Assembly (NCBI GenBank): GCA_002787355.1
Contig: PCWN01000008.1
Location: forward strand, 4-63,438
From: Candidatus Magasanikbacteria bacterium CG11_big_fil_rev_8_21_14_0_20_39_34
GTDB lineage: Bacteria > Patescibacteriota > Patescibacteriia > Magasanikbacterales > UBA922
Direction of reading: 5' to 3'
DNA length: 63,435 nucleotides
Below, one piece after another: positions 56,417 to 63,435 of the stretch (position 1 is its first letter; each line of letters starts with the position of its first letter). A program made the translations under genes and the position numbers. The notes below the pieces were generated by a model that saw only the letters and a program-made list of their open reading frames with translations, was not told the DNA's origin and did not search any database.

Positions 56417-56614
56417 ATGACAGGTACAATCAAGCGTATTATCGCTGATAAAGGATTTGGATTTATTGAGGCTGAAGGACGAGAGAAAGATATTTTCTTT
56501 CACGTCAGCCAGTTCGATGGAGATTTCAATACTCTTAAAGAAGGCGATCGCGTCAACTTTGAAGTAGAAGAAAGTCCACGAGGACCACAAGCGATAAATG
56601 TGACACTTGCATAA
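56417..56614 (+). CDS. cspA: Cold-shock protein
   Basis: KGFGFI (RNP1), DIFFHVS (RNP2), RGPQAINV. Confidence 0.95.
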   Translation: MTGTIKRIIADKGFGFIEAEGREKDIFFHVSQFDGDFNTLKEGDRVNFEVEESPRGPQAINVTLA

Positions 56615-56632
56615 AGTATCATTCCAATCAAA

Positions 56633-56669
56633 AAAGAAACCACTAGCTCTTGCTAGTGGTTTTTGTTTA
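56633..56669. terminator. Bidirectional terminator
   Basis: AAACCACTAGC-tctt-GCTAGTGGTTT with T-run. Confidence 0.85.
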
Positions 56670-56685
56670 CAAAAAATTTTATCAT

Positions 56686-58674
56686 TTATATTCCTCCCAA
56701 AACAATAATCTCATTTTCTCCATCAAAGTTGACATCGGTAAGCTGCAAACTCATAGGTTCTTTAAAAGAAAGTTCCAGTACCTGAGTACTTTCTATTTTT
56801 TGTGAAAGGATATCTATAATGCTTATTGCAAGCTGTGAGGATTTCTTATACAAAACAGCTACTCTATTATTACCCAAAAATGCTATGTCTTGAGTAGAGG
56901 AAAAGTTCATTGAGAAACTTTTTGCAACATCAAAGCCATTGTACACAAACATATCCAACGCACTTGCTCTTTGGTTTGCAAGGATAAAACCGTCTAAATA
57001 ATCTGTTGCCAAATACTCCCCCTGATAACTCTTTCCAAATGGGTACCAATCAGCACCAATCTGAACACCCGAATAAGTATACACCTTAATTGGCAAAGAT
57101 TCATGGGATTTTGGAACCACAACAATTTGTTTCTTCCCTTGTTCTCCCATCTTTTGCAAAAAAATTTTTATGTCTCCATCATATGAAGCACCAAATGGAT
57201 ATCGGGAAAAGTATTTTTGTCCATCATGGCGCAAAACCGTAAGCCGTCCATGAGAGAATGAAAAAAAGTCCGGAAGTGAATCCCCATTTACATCTACGTC
57301 TCCAACAAGATCTCCTCCTGTTACGGTATCGTCAAAAAGAAATAAACCATTTCTTGCTTTTTTCCCCGCCTGAGTGAAAAATTGTGCAAAAACTCCATTT
57401 TTATAGAAGATATCTCGCACATCTGTGGGATCAATGACTCGCTGTAAAAGCAAACCATCCTTTGGAGGCACATACACCTGAGAGAGAATTCGTCCATCAT
57501 TTGTTTTTGGATCTTGTTGACCACGAATCTTTTCAAATTCTGCAGGTAATTCTACCATTTGGGGTTTTTCAGAACTATTTACCAATACCAAACCATTTTC
57601 AAACTCACGAAACCATACTCCTTCTTGATATGCTTTTTTTCCATCTATAGACTTGGTTGAGAGTGCTTGTTTCCCCAAATTCACATTGTATTCATCATAC
57701 CACCATGTTTGTCCATGCCAAGCATCTCCATGATCAAAAGAATAGTATCCATCCCCCAAAAGCGTACTCGCCAAACCATAACGCATGGCACGAAAATCAT
57801 TTTGGTTTCCGGTATTATTGGAGTTACTATTTACCAGGTTCAGTGCATAAGGAAAAGAATTGTTTTCGTCATAGTCCTTATATATTTTCATTGCTTCTTC
57901 CCAATTATGTCCATCAAAATTTTCTATCATCAGACCGTTCAAATTTGAATTGTATAGAGTAGTAAAACCATTCCCCACAATAAAATCTTTTTCAGATATT
58001 TTTTCTCTGGTAGTGTCATAGATAAAACGCATCCCATCTTGCCAACGCATATCTATTTTTTCTCGATTATCAGCAATTCCATCATTATCAATATCTGTTT
58101 CTCCTTGTATAAACCATTGCGTCTGTTCCCATGCATTGTCATAAAAAACTCCATCCCAGAGCCCAGACGAAAGCAATTTCTGTGTTACAAAATTTACTAA
58201 ATATTCATTATACCGTTGCGAACCAACTTTGGGAGATACATTGCTTATGTTCATGAGGTATGTCCCCTCCCACCAACTTTTTCTTTGTTGAGAAGGATCT
58301 TTGAGATACCACTCGCTCTTGAGCCCCTTTCCAAATTCACGCCGCATACTGCTCACAGATGAGTAAGAATCCTTCTGCACCTGAAGCGGAGATACAAAAA
58401 CCAAGAGTTTTATATTTGGATTATACTCGCGCATTTTTTTGAGAAGATCTGGTCTGCGTGCCTGAATTTCCATATCAAGAATCACCACATCCCATTTGGC
58501 AAGTTGCCTGGCTTGATCATCTGTGAGTGACCAATTGAGAAAATAGTTTACTTTTCTTGGAAAAAGATCATCAAACGCCAATGCAGGACATGCAAAAACA
58601 AATATTCCTACAAGACAAAAGAGGAAGAATGCTTGTCTCTCCTTTTTGAAAAATTTTTGTAAAGCTTGTTTCAT
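56686..58674 (-). CDS. Secreted putative glycoside hydrolase (TIM-barrel, GHL15-like) with FG-GAP-like C-terminus
   Basis: Signal peptide; WDGVFYDN, WWYDEY, WFREFENGLVLVN; DVNGD and DVNFDG motifs. Confidence 0.6.
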   Translation of the reverse strand: MKQALQKFFKKERQAFFLFCLVGIFVFACPALAFDDLFPRKVNYFLNWSLTDDQARQLAKWDVVILDMEIQARRPDLLKKMREYNPNIKLLVFVSPLQVQKDSYSSVSSMRREFGKGLKSEWYLKDPSQQRKSWWEGTYLMNISNVSPKVGSQRYNEYLVNFVTQKLLSSGLWDGVFYDNAWEQTQWFIQGETDIDNDGIADNREKIDMRWQDGMRFIYDTTREKISEKDFIVGNGFTTLYNSNLNGLMIENFDGHNWEEAMKIYKDYDENNSFPYALNLVNSNSNNTGNQNDFRAMRYGLASTLLGDGYYSFDHGDAWHGQTWWYDEYNVNLGKQALSTKSIDGKKAYQEGVWFREFENGLVLVNSSEKPQMVELPAEFEKIRGQQDPKTNDGRILSQVYVPPKDGLLLQRVIDPTDVRDIFYKNGVFAQFFTQAGKKARNGLFLFDDTVTGGDLVGDVDVNGDSLPDFFSFSHGRLTVLRHDGQKYFSRYPFGASYDGDIKIFLQKMGEQGKKQIVVVPKSHESLPIKVYTYSGVQIGADWYPFGKSYQGEYLATDYLDGFILANQRASALDMFVYNGFDVAKSFSMNFSSTQDIAFLGNNRVAVLYKKSSQLAISIIDILSQKIESTQVLELSFKEPMSLQLTDVNFDGENEIIVLGGI

Positions 58675-58692
58675 ACGCAAAGCGAGTGAAAT

Positions 58693-59913
58693 CTATTTTT
58701 TTGCTCTATACAGCCGCAAAATGCTTTTTAAGTGGTCATTTTGGTCATGAGCTTTTAAAACCTCCTTTTGCATCCGCATACCCAGTTTTTTTCGCTCAGT
58801 AGACGCTTTATTGTACCACAAATCAATCTTTTTTGCAAGCCCTTCTGAATCTCCCCTTTTGAACAAAAATTCTGACTCGAGAAGCTCTTTTGTGCCCCCA
58901 GTATCACTTGAAAGCACTACCTTTCCAAGAGCCTGCCCTTCCAAAATACTCAAGGGCGCATTCTCATAACAAAGAGACGGCAAAACAAGAATTCTCGCCT
59001 TTTGAAGAGATTTTTTCAATACACCCCCCTCTTGAAAACCCAAAAAAGTGACGTTTTTCATGCCTTTTCTTTTCACATCAAGATGCAACGCGGGTAGCTC
59101 TGGTCCCTCACCAATAATACTATAGGGAATATGGGGGGTACGCATGGCAGCATCCAACAAGATACGTACTCCTTTTTCTTCAGATATCCTCCCGGCATAT
59201 ACTACCCCCTCCCCATCTTGATAGGACATCTCCTCACCTTTCATATCCACGGGATGTGGAATATGAACAAATTTTTCTCGCGGCCAACCATATTCTACAC
59301 ATTTATTGAGAAGAAATTCACTTGGAGCAATAAACTTGTCTACATACCGCTCATAGTATTTCATTATTTTATGATGAAATATCATCTCAAAAGTAAGCAG
59401 AGCACTCTGTGACGTGCTATCTGAGACACATTTATTTTTTATACAACTTGTATACCATCCCTTTGCATCTTCTTCATGGATTTGACCATGATGATACATA
59501 ATATAATTTGGAGAAAGTAATTTAAGGTCATGCAGGGTCATGATAATTTTTATACCTCTTTTTTTAAGTACCCGAAGAATAGATGGCCCTATATGATGAT
59601 AAATATTATGCAAATGCGCAACGTCTATATTTTCTTGCAAAAGAAGCTTCTGCAGGTTTTTTTTTGCTTCCCGATTGTATAAAATTTTTTTTGCCGTAGA
59701 TATTTTTTGCAAAAAAGAAACATCCTCCGTATCTCGCAGGTTGAGCTCACTTACAAAATACTTTTCAAAAGGTGTTTCTCTATTTCTTTTTCCCTTCATG
59801 GAAAATGGAATGACCGTATGCCCCGCATTTTCCAAAAGAGATGACAAAAAAAGCATATAATTGGTAGCCCCATCCTTTTGGTAGTAAAACTTGTGAACCT
59901 GAAGTATTTTCAT
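58693..59913 (-). CDS. Glycosyltransferase family 4
   Basis: MKILQVHKFYY.KDG, HLHNIYH, PSLCYENAPLSILEG. Confidence 0.92.
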   Translation of the reverse strand: MKILQVHKFYYQKDGATNYMLFLSSLLENAGHTVIPFSMKGKRNRETPFEKYFVSELNLRDTEDVSFLQKISTAKKILYNREAKKNLQKLLLQENIDVAHLHNIYHHIGPSILRVLKKRGIKIIMTLHDLKLLSPNYIMYHHGQIHEEDAKGWYTSCIKNKCVSDSTSQSALLTFEMIFHHKIMKYYERYVDKFIAPSEFLLNKCVEYGWPREKFVHIPHPVDMKGEEMSYQDGEGVVYAGRISEEKGVRILLDAAMRTPHIPYSIIGEGPELPALHLDVKRKGMKNVTFLGFQEGGVLKKSLQKARILVLPSLCYENAPLSILEGQALGKVVLSSDTGGTKELLESEFLFKRGDSEGLAKKIDLWYNKASTERKKLGMRMQKEVLKAHDQNDHLKSILRLYRAKK

Positions 59914-60067
59914 GTATAATGAGCTCAAGCTGGAAAGCTTCAGAAATTTTTGTATCCAAAAGCATTCCATTGAGTAATTCTTACCTATAAGGATACATCA
60001 AAATCCCCAAAAGAGGAAGTTTTTTTGCGAAAAAAATATCCTAATCCTCACTCCCTACAGATTTTTT

Positions 60068-61477
60068 ATGTTTTCCATTCCTTCAAAAAAAGTATTCAAA
60101 TCATTTCTTGTTTTCCTCTCCCTTGTTGGGTTTGCCATTATTGTGAACCCTTGGACAAATATTGACATTCTATTATTGCTCATTACGGCACTGGTAGCAA
60201 GTTATATCTTCCTTCAAGAAAAATTACTTCTTGTATTTTTGATCATACGACCAACGCTCGATCATTGGCGAGACTATCCCCTTATTACCTATCAAGGTAC
60301 CGTCATAAATCTGAATTCCACACTCTCTATTCTTCTGCTTATTTGGTGTATTTTTATAGTACTGCGTTATAGAGTTCGTCTCAAGAATCATCTTTTTTTG
60401 TTAAGCGCATTTTTTTTGAGCCTTCTTACCCTCTTGAGTTCACTCTACAGTGTAGACCCATTTACTAGCCTTATAGAATCCTTGAAGCTCTACAACATAT
60501 TTTTCCTATTTATTGCAGGATACATTCTCATAAAAGCGGAAAAAATATCCCTCCAGGAAATATTTTTTACCACCATACTCTCTGCCATTGTCCCCATACT
60601 TACGGGACTCTATCAACTTATTACTGGAACCGGTCTTACCACAGATGATATCCATGGAAGAATCCTTGGTACCCTTGCCCATCCAAATGTGTTTGCCTTT
60701 TTAGTACTTTGGCTACTTTTTTTCTATGTCCAGTTTACGCACATAACCAAAAAATATCTATCCTCTAAAAAAATACAAAATATCATAGGCGGTTTTCTTT
60801 TTTTGCTTCTCTTGTTTACCTATACCCGTGCTGCACTTCTTGGATTTCTTATTTTTTTAGGGTGCATTGGTCTTATAAAATACAGAAAAATATTTTTCAT
60901 AAGTACCGGAACGCTCATACTTCTCTATGGACTTTTCTTTCCTATCAATGCACTCATCAGAAATACAACTTCTTATGATCTGCAAAATATAAGCGTCATA
61001 AGTAGACTTACGGCTCGTAGTGAGGACGCTGACTCCATATCCTGGAGAAGTTCCGTGACACGAGAAAGCATACCCATTGGTCTTAAAAAACCATTTTTTG
61101 GGTATGGATATGGGACCTTTCCTGTTGTCTGGGAAAATTTTCGTGGAGATGAACATCTTTGGGACTCTGGAGTGGAAGCACATGATGACTACCTACGCCT
61201 ATTTGTAGAAGTTGGAAGCATTGGACTCTTCCTTTACCTCATGTTCATTGTTTCTTTTATCTTTTTTGTTGGAAAAAATATTACCAAAGAACCAAAAGAA
61301 AAATATTTGCTCTTTGGTTGGGTCATTACCTTTGCGCTTTTGAGTCTCTCAGACAATATGTTACACCACACACCTGTCATGTGGCCCATGTGGACGCTTT
61401 GGGGAGCCATGGTGGCAAATTATTATAAAGAAAAACTTTTTGATTGGTCCCCAGAAAATGTATTGGAATCCAAATAA
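60068..61477 (+). CDS. O-antigen ligase / Wzy polymerase family membrane protein
   Basis: GTLAHPN, TYTRAA, FFGYGYGTF, EAHDDY. Confidence 0.85.
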   Translation: MFSIPSKKVFKSFLVFLSLVGFAIIVNPWTNIDILLLLITALVASYIFLQEKLLLVFLIIRPTLDHWRDYPLITYQGTVINLNSTLSILLLIWCIFIVLRYRVRLKNHLFLLSAFFLSLLTLLSSLYSVDPFTSLIESLKLYNIFFLFIAGYILIKAEKISLQEIFFTTILSAIVPILTGLYQLITGTGLTTDDIHGRILGTLAHPNVFAFLVLWLLFFYVQFTHITKKYLSSKKIQNIIGGFLFLLLLFTYTRAALLGFLIFLGCIGLIKYRKIFFISTGTLILLYGLFFPINALIRNTTSYDLQNISVISRLTARSEDADSISWRSSVTRESIPIGLKKPFFGYGYGTFPVVWENFRGDEHLWDSGVEAHDDYLRLFVEVGSIGLFLYLMFIVSFIFFVGKNITKEPKEKYLLFGWVITFALLSLSDNMLHHTPVMWPMWTLWGAMVANYYKEKLFDWSPENVLESK

Positions 61478-61491
61478 AAATCTACTTTATT

Positions 61492-62340
61492 TGTCATTGA
61501 AAACCGTAGGTGAAGCAATCCACCTATGTAGACTATACTCCATATTTCTCCAGAAACCATCATCCACTCACTATGAACAATACCTACTTTGTCTATATTA
61601 TGGCAAATAGAAAGTTTGGAACCATGTACGTTGGAGTGACAAATAGTCTACACCGAAGAGTTGCAGAACATAAAACAGGATACGGATCAAAATTTGTATC
61701 TCAGTATAAATTACATCGATGCGTTTACTATGAGACCTATGGAAATATTCAAGAGGCAATAAAGCGAGAAAAGCAACTCAAAGCCGGTACACGAAAACAA
61801 AAAATAGAACTCATAGAAAAAGAGAACCTGGCTTGGAGAGATCTATGCACGTAAAAATAAATTTGGAGTTAAAGCAAATAGGTGGATCCCAACTTCGTTG
61901 GGATGACAAGAGTGTATTATTACAAAATAAACCATCTATACAATCATATTTCTCTGTCATTGCGAGATATGAAATAACCGAGGTACTCTACAATATAAAC
62001 CAATTTGAAAAATTAATACTTCTTTTGTCATTGCGAACCGCAGGTGAAGCAATCCACCCATATAAAGAATGCTCCATATTTCTCATAAGCTTTTTAAAAT
62101 TTTACCAATCAAATTAAAATATACTTCTTTTGTCATTGCGAGTGTAACGAAGCAATCCACCTATGTAAATCATACGCCATATGAGTTCCAAGCATTCATC
62201 CTAATATCCAAACTACAATCAAATAAGTAGATTGCCACGCCGTATACTCGGCTCGCAATGACAGAGAGGTGCCTGGCAGATAAAAAATATACAAACTTCA
62301 CTTGTGTCATTGCGAGTGTACGAAGCAGTCCACCTATGCA
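61492..62340. repeat. Palindromic repeat family (GTCATTGCGA...GAAGCAATC and its inverse)
   Basis: Left halves at 61492, 61955 (partial), 62026, 62131, 62305; right halves at 61878-61908 and 62227-62263. Confidence 0.85.
61573..61854 (+). CDS. Small GIY-YIG nuclease (UPF0213/YhbQ-like)
   Basis: YFVYIMAN...MYVGVTNSLHRRVAEHK...AIKREKQLK. Confidence 0.92.
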   Translation: MNNTYFVYIMANRKFGTMYVGVTNSLHRRVAEHKTGYGSKFVSQYKLHRCVYYETYGNIQEAIKREKQLKAGTRKQKIELIEKENLAWRDLCT

Positions 62341-62375
62341 GAATATACTCCCAGTTTTTTATAAAAATTCCATAA

Positions 62376-62413
62376 AATAAAAAATACCGACTGAAATCGG
62401 TATTTTTTATTTA
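62376..62413. terminator. AT-rich bidirectional terminator
   Basis: AAATAAAAAATACCGA-ctgaaa-TCGGTATTTTTTATTT. Confidence 0.8.
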
Positions 62414-62551
62414 TCTCTACATACCAGTGTAATGCACTGATATTCACAGATTGATTTGCCCAGGCGTACGATGGGTATGCACGCCTTGGGGCTTGGGGGG
62501 TGTCACGTCGCGGGAAACGACGTGACGAAAGGTGGGGGGAGGACTACTCGG

Positions 62552-63435
<884 letters not shown>

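Noticed and set aside
61833-62117. 94-aa ORF after the GIY-YIG gene
   Set aside because: Runs through the palindromic repeats with no protein features.
61955-62340. Possible CRISPR array
   Set aside because: Units are degenerate, unevenly spaced and in both orientations, the spacers resemble each other, and there are no cas genes.

Overview
Low-GC window, standard code 11 with TGA used as stop and most genes lacking a Shine-Dalgarno motif. It most resembles a Patescibacteria/CPR chromosome (inference from gene content and the DUF5663/DUF5659-like small proteins). Layout: (1) 1-12 kb, a minus-strand surface-glycan cluster (GT2, five GT4s, methyltransferases, deacetylase, epimerase, O-antigen-ligase/TPR protein), then rpmG. 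(2) A 14.4-kb island in the 3' end of tRNA-Trp(CCA) carrying a large serine recombinase (LSR), small accessory ORFs and defence cargo (YeeABC-like MTase/helicase/GIY-YIG, DUF2779, HEPN). Integration splits the LSR gene: at attL it stops inside the tRNA (...TRWQAR*), and its missing in-frame 23-aa tail (GIVEDVGT...VPTLA*) lies 14 kb away at attR behind a shared CCTGC core. (3) Metabolic and housekeeping genes. (4) tRNA-Thr(GGT) followed by an integrase-free tandem array of two ~1.9-kb cassettes, each closed by the same EDVRT-coding attP-like arm plus a copy of the tRNA's downstream terminator/promoter. At the two intact sites (tRNA-Trp attR and tRNA-Thr site 1) the GTTC motif lies exactly 5 bp further from the core than in the tRNA, the known attP/attB offset of LSRs. 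(5) Two GC-rich gene islets (40.5 kb and the window end) with C-rich 3' tails and AT-rich terminators; the complete one also has an AT-rich promoter and a strong SD. (6) A GIY-YIG nuclease inside a family of palindromic repeats. All calls are from reading the sequence; no searches were run.
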